From: Poseidonia sp.
Lineage (GTDB): Archaea; Thermoplasmatota; Poseidoniia; Poseidoniales; Poseidoniaceae
Direction: 5' to 3'
NCBI GenBank assembly: GCA_030827365.1
Contig: JAUREO010000005.1
Coordinates: forward strand, 1-60,151
Length of the DNA stretch: 60,151 bases
In this document: piece after piece, positions 43,068 to 53,069 of the stretch
Layout: the number at the start of each line of letters is the position of its first letter
Position numbering within the stretch: position 1 is the stretch's first letter
The notes under the pieces: model-generated
The model's input: only the letters and a program-made list of their open reading frames with translations
What the model was told of the DNA's origin: nothing
Database searches by the model: none
Position numbers and translations under genes: made by a program

Positions 43068-43478
43068 TCACAATTTAACAGGTCTCGTTGCTCCGCAAGC
43101 TTGACATTTCAACAGAGTTGTTCTATCCTCTTTTACAAAGTTTGTATCAGGTGCAGAACATTGGTTGCATTTGATATAGGTATTGACATAATTGACCAAT
43201 GCTGATTTGATTCTCTTTGGTGGAATTCTTCCTTTAAAACGTGCACGTGGTCCATCTCTTGAACCAGAGGTTCCCAAATCATTGAGCAAGTATTGATACA
43301 CATGGTTTTCATCACGTTCCATCATAGAAACAACATCGTTGAAGTTTCGAAAGATGGTGTTCGAACCCTCGATGAGGATTTGAGGGGCTGGTAATTGCCA
43401 CCGCGCCCGATTTGAAATTTCTTCGGGGATATTTTCTCGTGCCTTATCGAGTAACGCCTCGTAGTCGAAATCGCCCAT
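43068..43478 (-). CDS. eif2b: Translation initiation factor aIF-2 beta subunit
   Basis: 'DYEALLDKA', 'EGSNTIFRNF', 'LGTSG', 'CNQCSAPDT', 'CQACGA'. Confidence 0.93.
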   Translation of the reverse strand: MGDFDYEALLDKARENIPEEISNRARWQLPAPQILIEGSNTIFRNFNDVVSMMERDENHVYQYLLNDLGTSGSRDGPRARFKGRIPPKRIKSALVNYVNTYIKCNQCSAPDTNFVKEDRTTLLKCQACGATRPVKL

Positions 43479-43563
43479 GTGCCATCGTCAGAGTTCCACT
43501 TCTTCAAATCTTGCAATAAGAAAATGTGGGAAGAGTTGATGTATTATCTCCTTTTCCCTCTTC

Positions 43564-44154
43564 TTGATAACGATGGTACTCAGCATTGAAGAACTCAAAA
43601 CACTGGCTTTGAATTTGAGAAAAGAGGGCCTAAACCCTCAACAAATTGCAGATGAAATGTCGTTGTCTCAAGACACCATTGCTTGGTTGCTGACCGATGC
43701 AAGCGAAGTGGAGCAACCTACGGATGTCCGAATTGGTTGGCGAACCATTGGTGTTCGGCCTGAACGCATTTCTGCTATCGGTGATATTATGGCAGATATT
43801 GTGATTGAAGAACTTGGGTCAAACGTTGACACGATTGTTGGGATTTCAATTAACGGAATCGCATTTGCATATGAAGTAGCAAGAAATCTAAGTGTCGAAA
43901 TGACGGTCTATAGAACGACAGATTCTGGAGAGGGGCAGGGGTCATTATCCAATAAGTATGGTCAAGTTTCAGGCAAGTCAGTTGTAATCATCGACGATGT
44001 GCTATCATCAGGAGTAACGATGTCAAGAACGATAGAATCAATTCGTGAAAAAGGCGGCGAGGTTTTACTCGCCGTCGTTCTTGTGAACAAAACCACAAGA
44101 AACGAAATTGATGATGTTCCACTTCGTGGTCTTATTCGTGCTGTATCGGTTTAG
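43564..44154 (+). CDS. Orotate-PRTase-like protein with N-terminal HTH (GfcR family)
   Basis: 'IEELK..A..L...GL...QIADEM.LS..T..WL', 'DVRIGWRTIG', PRPP loop 'VVIIDDVLSSG'. Confidence 0.85.
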   Translation: MITMVLSIEELKTLALNLRKEGLNPQQIADEMSLSQDTIAWLLTDASEVEQPTDVRIGWRTIGVRPERISAIGDIMADIVIEELGSNVDTIVGISINGIAFAYEVARNLSVEMTVYRTTDSGEGQGSLSNKYGQVSGKSVVIIDDVLSSGVTMSRTIESIREKGGEVLLAVVLVNKTTRNEIDDVPLRGLIRAVSV

Positions 44155-44162
44155 GTGGATCT

Positions 44163-45758
44163 ATGCATTGGGCAGATGTAGCAGCATCTCAATTAGCAGA
44201 GAGAGGCTCAAAACACATCATTGCGACAGGGATCACACCAAGTGGAGAATTTCATATCGGCCATATTCGTGAAATCTTAACCGGAGAAATTATTTCGAGG
44301 GCATGCAAACACATTGGACTCGATGTTGAATTCATATTCATCGTGGATTCAGCCGACCCACTTCGAAAAGTCTACCCATTTCTCCATCAAGATTACAAAC
44401 ATTATATTGGGCATCAAATTGGAAATATTCCACCTCCGGACGAGGATGGGAAACCAGATGTGCAACTTTTTGAGACGACGGGTGCGACCTATGCTCAGCA
44501 TTTTCTAGAACCGTTTTTATCTGCATTGCAAGAGATTGGTGTTCAACCAAGAATCGTCGATAATCTGGAGATGTACCGCACTGGTAAATTTGAACCATAT
44601 GCACAAAAAGTATGTGAAAATAAAGAAATTGTCCGAGAAATTATTGAACGAGTCTCAGGAAGAGAATTACCAGAGGATTGGTTTCCATGGACGCCACTTG
44701 ACTCAAATGGTACATTAGGTAATGTCAAAATTATCGATTATCAGCACCCCATTGTAACATTTGAAGAAGCTGATGGAACACATGGGTCATCAGACATTTC
44801 GAAGGGAGAAGGAAAATTACCATGGCGAATCGATTGGCCTGCCCGATGGTGTTTTAATGAAATTACAATGGAACCATTTGGTAAAGACCATGGAACAGCT
44901 GGTGGTTCATACGATACGGGAAAAGAAATCGTTGAGTTTTTTGGTTATAGTGCTCCAAATCCTTTGACGTATGAGTGGATTAGTTTGAAAGGCATGGGAG
45001 CGATGTCCTCTTCGGTGGGAAACACCATTGGTCCGATGGAGGCGTTGAGGCTCGTACCACCTGAAATTTTGAGACTTCTTGTTGCCAAGACAAAACCGAG
45101 TAAAGCCATTGAATTTGATACTGGTATGGGGCTTGTAACATTAGCTGATGAATATGAAAGGCTTGCTTCAAGAAACTTTGAAGATGAATTACTTCAAACA
45201 GATCTGAGCCGTAGGCAAAAAGTTCAGGTTGAAGATGCAGAGGCATCCATGAGGTATGCCGTTGTGTATCAAGGCGAGAAAGCGAAATCTGAATCAGTCA
45301 GTTTTCGACATCTTGCAATGTTGGCCCAAATTCGTGAATCTGACGAGGATGTTTTTGATTCACTGCTCCAAACTGGAATGATTTCAAATGTATCTTCTAA
45401 GCTTCGTGACCGATTAGGTAGAATGAGATATTGGATATCGTCTGAGCATTTCCCAGAAGAAATGCATATACGTTTGCAATCAAAGCCAACTGATTACTTT
45501 TTTGAACATTCAAATGAAGTGGACATCAACATCCTAAGACTCATGCATGAACACTTTTCAACCATTCCTTGGACATCGACTGATATCCATTCGGTTTTTG
45601 GATTGATTTCTGAAACCATGAATGTCAAGATGAAGGAGGTCTATCGGGCGTCCTATTTGCTCTTTCTTGGTGCTGAAAAGGGTCCTCGATTAGCACCTAT
45701 TTTGGAAGCGTGGCATCGTGATTCAGCCATCCAACTCCTAAAATTAGCCATTGAATAA
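44163..45758 (+). CDS. lysS: Lysine--tRNA ligase, class I
   Basis: 'MHWAD', 'TGITPSG..HIGH', 'KLPWRIDWP', 'EPFGKDH', 'MSSS.GN', 'GPRL'. Confidence 0.96.
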   Translation: MHWADVAASQLAERGSKHIIATGITPSGEFHIGHIREILTGEIISRACKHIGLDVEFIFIVDSADPLRKVYPFLHQDYKHYIGHQIGNIPPPDEDGKPDVQLFETTGATYAQHFLEPFLSALQEIGVQPRIVDNLEMYRTGKFEPYAQKVCENKEIVREIIERVSGRELPEDWFPWTPLDSNGTLGNVKIIDYQHPIVTFEEADGTHGSSDISKGEGKLPWRIDWPARWCFNEITMEPFGKDHGTAGGSYDTGKEIVEFFGYSAPNPLTYEWISLKGMGAMSSSVGNTIGPMEALRLVPPEILRLLVAKTKPSKAIEFDTGMGLVTLADEYERLASRNFEDELLQTDLSRRQKVQVEDAEASMRYAVVYQGEKAKSESVSFRHLAMLAQIRESDEDVFDSLLQTGMISNVSSKLRDRLGRMRYWISSEHFPEEMHIRLQSKPTDYFFEHSNEVDINILRLMHEHFSTIPWTSTDIHSVFGLISETMNVKMKEVYRASYLLFLGAEKGPRLAPILEAWHRDSAIQLLKLAIE

Positions 45759-45845
45759 TTTCACATGTATGAATTGTTTCATCTTAAGGCATGAATGAAT
45801 TTTTTTTCGGAAATGATTCAAAAACCGTTGAGGTTATTGGTGGCC

Positions 45846-47030
45846 ATGGCGGGAGTCTACTGTCCGACTTGTGAGTCGAAAGTCGAAGTGGCTGCCACCT
45901 ATTGTTTGACCTGCGGACACGATTTAAATCGCCAAGGACCCATCACCTCAACAGGGCATGACCTCAATCAACTCAAAGAAGCCATACGTTTGAGGGATGA
46001 CCTTTCAATGGCAGACAAATTTAACATGATTGCTAAAGTCGAGGAGGGAGCAAATCCAATCGAACTCGGAATTGCTGCAGCAGCTGATGATGGTGGTTCG
46101 CTCGACGATGCATTCGCTGTCGCTGAAGCGATGGAAGTACCAACCTCTCTCTCGTCAATTTCTTGGGGTAAATCAAACACACCTAAGGAAGTCATTCTTG
46201 CGGCATTCGAAAAAGAACCTTTTAGCAATACTGTGACCTCTGGAAAGTTTGATGCCCATCAAGATTTAATCAACCAATCGATGGATATTGGCCTCAAAAC
46301 CCTCCATACACTCTTGGACATTTCTCAAAAAAAAGCGTCGAATCAAATGATGGATGTGATGAAAGATATACCCATTATGAAACCGCCAAAGAAGAGTTTC
46401 TGTCCAAAATGTGGTTCGGATATTATTGAAAACACCATGTTACAATGGAAGAAATGGCAAGGCTTGAACAACGAATTATTGGCCCTTCAACTTGAATCCA
46501 GTATGTCTGCAGCTTTGATGCATGCAGCGTCCAAATATATCGATGAAATACGAGCACTCAAAGATACGATTGAGAAGCTTGAATCGAATCAAACTGCATC
46601 AGTATCAAAAACTGAAGAAAAGAAGGAATCATCCGACAAGGACACCACCAAAGAAAAGCAGGAATCAAAGCAAGTTGAATCGAAGTCAGAGCCTAAAAAA
46701 GAAGAGGCAATACCTGAACCAAAGAAGGAAGAGCCAAAAAAGAAGGCAGGGGGCCTCTTTGGTGCAAAGAAGACAAAAAGAACATACGAAGGAGAGCCTG
46801 GAGGAAAAGCCGAGTGGTTCCTAAATGAAGCACTTGATACAGTGTATGACCCTCATGGGACTGGAAAAGACCTCAAACCAAACACTATCTTGGCACGTTC
46901 CGCGGAAGGAAATGTTCGAGTGAAGGATGTCATTTTGACCTATGCAGAACAAGGAAAAGATGCGATACCAGAATTAGCCCTCACAAGCCCTATTACAAAA
47001 TACTTGATTGAAGCCTTTGATGAGTGCTGA
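45846..47030 (+). CDS. Hypothetical protein with zinc ribbons, coiled coil and Lys/Glu-rich linker
   Basis: 'YCPTC...YCLTCG' double zinc ribbon, 'FCPKCG'; start placed at ATG 45846, 21 nt after TTCAAAAA. Confidence 0.7.
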   Translation: MAGVYCPTCESKVEVAATYCLTCGHDLNRQGPITSTGHDLNQLKEAIRLRDDLSMADKFNMIAKVEEGANPIELGIAAAADDGGSLDDAFAVAEAMEVPTSLSSISWGKSNTPKEVILAAFEKEPFSNTVTSGKFDAHQDLINQSMDIGLKTLHTLLDISQKKASNQMMDVMKDIPIMKPPKKSFCPKCGSDIIENTMLQWKKWQGLNNELLALQLESSMSAALMHAASKYIDEIRALKDTIEKLESNQTASVSKTEEKKESSDKDTTKEKQESKQVESKSEPKKEEAIPEPKKEEPKKKAGGLFGAKKTKRTYEGEPGGKAEWFLNEALDTVYDPHGTGKDLKPNTILARSAEGNVRVKDVILTYAEQGKDAIPELALTSPITKYLIEAFDEC

Positions 47031-50000
47031 TTAGTAGTGCACAGTTAACTGTCTTGGCTCGAGTGTATCTTTTTGATGAGCTCGCATCGCAGCCACTTCC
47101 ATTTTCGCTCCACGTATTGTCGTTACGAAAGGGATGTTAAGTTCGACAGCGAGTCGCCTCATCATATTTCCATCACGAACTGCACCGCCTGAGATCGTAG
47201 GGACATTGATAATGAACGAGACCTTTCCCTGTCGCATTAAATCTAATGCATCAGGATGTTTTCCTTCTGCGATTCGATAAACGGTTGTCACTGAAACACC
47301 TCCATCTCGCAGAACATCACCCGTTCCTGGTGTTGCGTAAAGAGTAAAACCAAGCCGTTGTAATTCTTGGGCTATCGGAATAAGTTCTTTTTTATCTTCA
47401 TCTCGAACGGTGAGATAAACTCCACCCGAAGTAGCAACTGGAACTTCGGTAGCGAGACGAGCTTTGAGATATGCAAAATCTGCACGTTGGTCCGACCCAT
47501 AGACCTCTCCAGTCGATTTCATTTCGGGTCCTGGGGCAGGGTCAAGCCCCCTGAGTTTTATGAAAGGAAAGACAGGGGCTTTTACACATACTTGGCCGCT
47601 GGTTCTTCTCGGGATATTTTGACTCGATAGAGGATGACCAATAGTGATCATGGCAGCGATTTTTGCTAAGGGAAGGCCGGAGGCTTTGGCAACGAAAGGC
47701 ACAGTTCTTGATGACCTCGGATTGACTTCGAGAACATACAAAGTATCGTTTTGAATTGCAAATTGGATGTTGTAACACCCCTTAATGCCTAAGCCCAATC
47801 CAATGATTTTGGTCTGCTCCTCAACTTGACTGAGGAGATTTTGCGAAATGTTTTGAGCAGGAATGAAGCAGGTTGAATCACCTGAATGAATGCCAGCTTC
47901 TTCAAGATGTTCCATGATTGCACCAACGAGGACTTGGTCGCCATCGGATGCTGCATCAACATCCAATTCAGTTGCATGCCCCAAATATTCATCGATGAGT
48001 AGGGGTTTATCTGGGGCAATGTATGCTTCTTTCAAGTAATTTTCTAATTGTGTTTGGTTGGAAAGAATCTCCATGCCTCGACCACCAAGAACGTAAGATG
48101 GACGTATGAGTACTGGAAACCCAATTTCTTCTACCGCGTGTCGAATGTCATCAGCAGTTGAACCAGTTGCACCCTTCGGCATCTTGAGTCCTGAACGCTT
48201 TGCAAACGCTTCAAATCGTTGTCTATCACTCGCCTCGTCAATAGCATCACATGTCGTTCCAATGATGCTCATGGATAAACCGTGGACACGTAAATCGGGT
48301 AATCTACGTTCGATTGGTTCAGCGAGGTTGATTGCAGTTTGACCTCCGAATTGGAGTAAAATTCCATGAGCCATTTCACGCAGAAGAATTTCACTGACAA
48401 ACTCAAGTGTGAGTGGATCAAAATAAAGCCGATCGGATGTATCAAAATCTGTTGAAACCGTTTCGGGGTTGTTGTTGATGATAATCGCATCCTTCCCACT
48501 CTGTCGAATGGCTTTGACTGCGTGGACACATCCATAGTCGAATTCAATACCCTGTCCAATACGAATTGGTCCACTGCCAATCGTGACGATCCGTTCCTTT
48601 GTTCTTGTCTCAAGGTCAGGCAACAGGTCAATTCCTAATTGTGTATGTGTTTCGTATGTGGAATAATAATATGGAGTTTTTGCAGCAAATTCTGCAGCAC
48701 ACGAGTCGACCATTCTGTATCTTGGGTGAACGCCTAAATCGTGTCTTCGAAGCATCACTGATCGTTCGTCCATACCGACGGGCAATGATTTGTATCCTTC
48801 TGAAGGAAAACCACAGAGTGCATCGGCTATATGGGCGTCAGTAAATCCGTGGGATTTCCATCGAATCATCGAATCTATAGAAATTTCAGAAGGCGAGATT
48901 CGCGATTCAACAATCTCTTTTTCAATTCGTGCAATATTTTCAAAACGGTGCAAGAACCATCGAGTGATACTCGTAATTTCAAACACTCGTTCAATGCTCC
49001 AACCTCTTCGAAAAGCCTCGAGAAGTGCACCCATTCTTCGATCAGTGGCAATTCTACACCATTCTTCAAGAGTTTTATCCGGTAGTTGTTCAAGTGCCCG
49101 TTCACTCATACCTTCTCCTTCAGATTCATCTGCTCTGGTCAGTGGCCTTGGATGCGGACATCCTTGTTCCAATGAAGCCCATGCCTTCAGAAAAGCCTCT
49201 TCGAAATTTCGACCGATTGCCATAACCTCGCCGGTCGATTTCATTGAAGTTCCGAGTGTCCTGTCAGCGGTCCGGAATTTATCGAAAGGCCAGCGAGGTA
49301 TTTTTACTACACAATAATCAAGCGTTGGTTCAAAGGCAGCAGTCGTACCTTCTCCTGTGATTGGGTTAGGTAATTCATCCAGAGTGTATCCAACAGCAAT
49401 CTTCGCAGCCATTCTCGCAATTGGGTAACCTGTTGCTTTTGATGCAAGTGCTGAAGACCTCGAAACACGAGGATTGACTTCGATGACTCGAATTTCACCA
49501 GTTGATTGATTGAAAGCAAATTGAACATTGCATCCGCCTTTTATGTTAAGGGCACGAATTAACGCAAGTGCTTGATTTCGCAGAATTTGGTGGTCAGCAT
49601 CGCTAAATGATTGCAATGGGGCTACCACGGTCGACTCACCAGTGTGAACACCCATCGGGTCTATGTTTTCCATGGTGCAAACGATGATGGCGTTATCTGC
49701 TGCGTCTCTCATAACTTCGTACTCAAGTTCTTGCCAGCCGAGAATTGATTCTTCAATAAGCACTTGAGAGATCCTTGAATTTCGTAGTCCTAATTGAGAA
49801 ATTTCGACGAGTTGTCCCATATCCCAAGCCGTTCCTCCGCCTAACCCTCCTAAAGTAAATGCAGGGCGAATAAGGATTGGCCAAGAGCCAATGATGGTTG
49901 CAGCAGCGATGACCTCTTCAATAGAATTGCATGCAATGGCTTTGCTAATAGGAAGTTGAATTGAATCACAAACTTGATTGAATAACTCTCTGTCTTCTGC

Positions 50001-50375
50001 TTTGTCTATGGCATCGAGGTCAGAACCAATAAGTTCGACACCAAGCCTTTCTAATGTTCCATCGTGTGCTAATTCACTTGCGATATTGAGGGCGGTTTGC
50101 CCACCCATTCCTGCAAGCAACGCACATGGCTTTTCGATTTCGAGAATTCTACGAACGGTTGCGGGTAGCAATGGTTCGATATAGACGACATCTGCCATTT
50201 CTGGGTCGTTTTGAATCGTTGCTGGATTTGAGTTCACCAGAATGACTCGATATCCATCTTCTCGTAGTGCACGGACGGCTTGAGAACCTGAGAAATCGAA
50301 TTCAGCTGCTTGACCAATTTTGATTGGGCCGCTTCCCAAAACACAAATTGTGATTAAATCGTCTCTCCGTGGCAT
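47031..50375 (-). CDS. carB: Carbamoyl-phosphate synthase large subunit
   Basis: 'GSGPIKIGQAAEFDFSG', two ATP-grasp halves ('EVNPRVSRS', 'EVNPRSSRT'), MGS domain. Confidence 0.97.
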   Translation of the reverse strand: MPRRDDLITICVLGSGPIKIGQAAEFDFSGSQAVRALREDGYRVILVNSNPATIQNDPEMADVVYIEPLLPATVRRILEIEKPCALLAGMGGQTALNIASELAHDGTLERLGVELIGSDLDAIDKAEDRELFNQVCDSIQLPISKAIACNSIEEVIAAATIIGSWPILIRPAFTLGGLGGGTAWDMGQLVEISQLGLRNSRISQVLIEESILGWQELEYEVMRDAADNAIIVCTMENIDPMGVHTGESTVVAPLQSFSDADHQILRNQALALIRALNIKGGCNVQFAFNQSTGEIRVIEVNPRVSRSSALASKATGYPIARMAAKIAVGYTLDELPNPITGEGTTAAFEPTLDYCVVKIPRWPFDKFRTADRTLGTSMKSTGEVMAIGRNFEEAFLKAWASLEQGCPHPRPLTRADESEGEGMSERALEQLPDKTLEEWCRIATDRRMGALLEAFRRGWSIERVFEITSITRWFLHRFENIARIEKEIVESRISPSEISIDSMIRWKSHGFTDAHIADALCGFPSEGYKSLPVGMDERSVMLRRHDLGVHPRYRMVDSCAAEFAAKTPYYYSTYETHTQLGIDLLPDLETRTKERIVTIGSGPIRIGQGIEFDYGCVHAVKAIRQSGKDAIIINNNPETVSTDFDTSDRLYFDPLTLEFVSEILLREMAHGILLQFGGQTAINLAEPIERRLPDLRVHGLSMSIIGTTCDAIDEASDRQRFEAFAKRSGLKMPKGATGSTADDIRHAVEEIGFPVLIRPSYVLGGRGMEILSNQTQLENYLKEAYIAPDKPLLIDEYLGHATELDVDAASDGDQVLVGAIMEHLEEAGIHSGDSTCFIPAQNISQNLLSQVEEQTKIIGLGLGIKGCYNIQFAIQNDTLYVLEVNPRSSRTVPFVAKASGLPLAKIAAMITIGHPLSSQNIPRRTSGQVCVKAPVFPFIKLRGLDPAPGPEMKSTGEVYGSDQRADFAYLKARLATEVPVATSGGVYLTVRDEDKKELIPIAQELQRLGFTLYATPGTGDVLRDGGVSVTTVYRIAEGKHPDALDLMRQGKVSFIINVPTISGGAVRDGNMMRRLAVELNIPFVTTIRGAKMEVAAMRAHQKDTLEPRQLTVHY

Positions 50376-51682
50376 TACACTTCACCTCTATAATGCGTAT
50401 CGACAATGTTCCTAAACCGTTCAAACAACGGAGAGGCATCATGTGGCCCGGGGCATGCCTCAGGGTGAAATTGAACTGTAAAGCATGGCTTGTTGATCAC
50501 ATCAAGGCCTTCCACAGTTCCATCGTTTGCATTCACATATCGAACTTTGATTTCGGAACCATGTAGATTCTCAACCATTGGCGAGGTTGCTCCTGTTGGA
50601 TGTGCAGCGAGCATTCCATCATGAGGATGTGCTACAGCAAAGCCATGGTTTTGACTAGTAATTGCAACAGTTCCATTGACCAAATCAACGACGGGTTGAT
50701 TGGCACCGCGATGTCCATATCGCATTTTGTAGGTTTGTAATCCCGATGCAAGTCCCATCAATTGGTGACCTAAACAAATACCCATGACGGGGAGGTTATC
50801 AAAGACCGCTCTTGCAAGAGTTTTTCGAGCCTGCGTCGCTTTTCCTGGGTGTGCCGGGTCTCCAGGGCCATTTGAACAAAACAATGCTTTGATATTGTAG
50901 CTCGTACATAAATGGTCATAATCAACATCAGGGGGGCACCAAACAACATCAAAATAGGCACATAAATGTCGCAAGATGTTGTATTTGATGCCACAGTCGA
51001 TAACGCCCAGACGAGGGCGGTCATCGTAGGTTTGATCCATGTAATACTGCCCGAGATGAATCGGTTCGTTGATCGAAACCTCATCAACTAAATCTTCGAG
51101 ATCTGGTGACGTTAATTCTGCGAGCCTTGTCTTCATTTGTTGTTCATCTTCAAGAGGGCCAAAGATGCAAAGTACGGTGCCAAGTTCTCTGACATGGCGT
51201 GTAATGGAACGAGTATCAACCCCTTCTATGCCAGGAACGCTATGGAATCTTAGAAATTCATCAATGTTGGCAATGCTGTCTCTATGGTCGGGGATTGGTG
51301 TGGCGTGTCGAACAATGACGCCTCTTGGCCAAATTTTTGATGATTCTGACTTGCCCTCATGGACTCCATAATTTCCAATGAGTGGATATGTGAATGTGAG
51401 AATTTGACCAGCAAATGAAGGGTCAGTCAGCGATTCTTGGTAACCCATCATCCCAGTTGTGAACACTAATTCTCCTTCAGCCCAACCTTTTGCTCCGAAA
51501 AGGTCGCCTTCGTACCTTTGGCCATCAGCGGTGAGGATAACGCCTTTGCCATTCGCTGATTCAGGTAAGTTCTCAGATGATTTGAGCCCATCTGTTGCAT
51601 CTGGGAGTGGTAAGTTCTCAAGTCTTTTAGAAGTAAAGTGTGCCTTGCTTATGCTAAGTTCAGCATTAGAGGCCTCCGACAT
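50375..51682 (-). CDS. carA: Carbamoyl-phosphate synthase small subunit
   Basis: 'GELVFTTGMMGYQESLTDPS', 'SNGPGDP', 'GICLGHQ', 'QNHGF', 'QFHPE'; TAATG overlap with carB. Confidence 0.96.
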   Translation of the reverse strand: MSEASNAELSISKAHFTSKRLENLPLPDATDGLKSSENLPESANGKGVILTADGQRYEGDLFGAKGWAEGELVFTTGMMGYQESLTDPSFAGQILTFTYPLIGNYGVHEGKSESSKIWPRGVIVRHATPIPDHRDSIANIDEFLRFHSVPGIEGVDTRSITRHVRELGTVLCIFGPLEDEQQMKTRLAELTSPDLEDLVDEVSINEPIHLGQYYMDQTYDDRPRLGVIDCGIKYNILRHLCAYFDVVWCPPDVDYDHLCTSYNIKALFCSNGPGDPAHPGKATQARKTLARAVFDNLPVMGICLGHQLMGLASGLQTYKMRYGHRGANQPVVDLVNGTVAITSQNHGFAVAHPHDGMLAAHPTGATSPMVENLHGSEIKVRYVNANDGTVEGLDVINKPCFTVQFHPEACPGPHDASPLFERFRNIVDTHYRGEV

Positions 51683-51803
51683 CAACTTCTTTCAGAAACG
51701 GTAGGTCATAATTATTGGGTGTGCAATTGATGTTTTTTTAATGCAAAAAAACACACTCGTTTTGTGTTAGAATTTAACTGCAATATCCCGAGTAACTTTC
51801 TAT

Positions 51804-52376
51804 TTACTCTTCCTCAAAATCCTTCATGGAATGAACAATTTTTCCATCGGCGGAAGGTTCGATAATCAACTCAGGATTTGCAAACATTGGAACCGAATTT
51901 CTCGAAGTATTCAATTCTTCCAGAAAGAGGGCAAGAGCAGCCACTTCAGAATGAGGTTGCGTTCCAACAGAGGTGTTAAAATCGGAAATTTTGAACACTT
52001 CTCCGGGTACTTTTGCACCTCCTACAATAATTGCTATTGGTCGATTTGACCCTATTTCAGACACGACTTCTTTGTAGTTTTGACCATACATCGTCAAGTG
52101 AACGATGACACCATTTGTTTGGTTTGGATCTTGGAAATTTTTCATCCAACGCATTAATCCCTTTTGATGATGGCACTCCATCGAACCACCGAACCGCTGA
52201 TTGACCTGTTGGATGGTTGAAAATAACTTGGAATCTTGATCGCCAAAGACATGGAAGTATTGTGCCCCCCACGCTCTTGAGACGAGACCCAAATGGGTTG
52301 TTATTCTCGGGTCACGCCCAAGACGATACCCCAATCGTACCACATGAATTGGAGGTTCGTCCAATCTAATCACCAA
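51804..52376 (-). CDS. trm56: tRNA (cytidine-56-2'-O)-methyltransferase
   Basis: 'RLGYR..RDPRITTH', 'HLTMYG', 'VGGAKVP', 'VGTQPHSEVAALA'. Confidence 0.92.
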   Translation of the reverse strand: MVIRLDEPPIHVVRLGYRLGRDPRITTHLGLVSRAWGAQYFHVFGDQDSKLFSTIQQVNQRFGGSMECHHQKGLMRWMKNFQDPNQTNGVIVHLTMYGQNYKEVVSEIGSNRPIAIIVGGAKVPGEVFKISDFNTSVGTQPHSEVAALALFLEELNTSRNSVPMFANPELIIEPSADGKIVHSMKDFEEE

Positions 52377-52379
52377 ATA

Positions 52380-53015
52380 TCATTCTTTTGACTCGGCCGA
52401 AGCATCGACGGAAGTGAGGCTATTCATTTCATAGCCCCAATTTTCACAGAATCTTTTCACCCACGCTAACTTGAGCGACAGAGCGAGCATACTCGCACTA
52501 ATCCAAGCTCCTGCCCAAAGAATACCCAATCTCACTGTTCTCCAAAGGCCTAAGCTCGTATCATATTGATTAAAAACAAGTGAAGCGATGAGTGGTTCTG
52601 CGATATAGAGGGCACTAAGAATTAACATGCCTCCCGAAAAGGGAGATAACACAAAAGTGCCACGAACCCGGCTTACATCCGAGGATATCGTCGATAACAT
52701 ACACAACGCCAATACTGAAAGTGCTACTTGAGAAAAGTTGAGTCCAAAAAACAGAGAAGTGCCTACAGTCATATCTTCGTCCCAACGAGAGATGAGAAGC
52801 CACCAAAATACGATCGTCGCCGTAAGGGCCATTCCTCCTGCTTTACCATACTTTGATGCAAGTTCGAACAGTTGGTTTTGGTCTTTGGGTTGAAACTGTT
52901 TGAGAATTCGAATCGCCAAGTCAAATTCTTCGTCGCTGTGTCCTTGTGGCTCACTTGTCTCGGAAGCCGAATAGGCGGTTTGAGAGGGTTCAAGAAAATC
53001 CTCTATCTCCGACAT
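52380..53015 (-). CDS. Hypothetical 4-TM membrane protein
   Basis: Four hydrophobic segments; TTCATAAA 22 nt upstream of ATG; 3 bp from trm56. Confidence 0.7.
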   Translation of the reverse strand: MSEIEDFLEPSQTAYSASETSEPQGHSDEEFDLAIRILKQFQPKDQNQLFELASKYGKAGGMALTATIVFWWLLISRWDEDMTVGTSLFFGLNFSQVALSVLALCMLSTISSDVSRVRGTFVLSPFSGGMLILSALYIAEPLIASLVFNQYDTSLGLWRTVRLGILWAGAWISASMLALSLKLAWVKRFCENWGYEMNSLTSVDASAESKE

Positions 53016-53069
53016 GAGACAACGTTTGCAATCACAATTTATGAAACCTGCCTTTGATGTAGCGTAATT

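Noticed and set aside
46600-46790. A/G-rich repetitive-looking DNA
   Set aside because: Encodes a Lys/Glu-rich linker; no true tandem repeat unit
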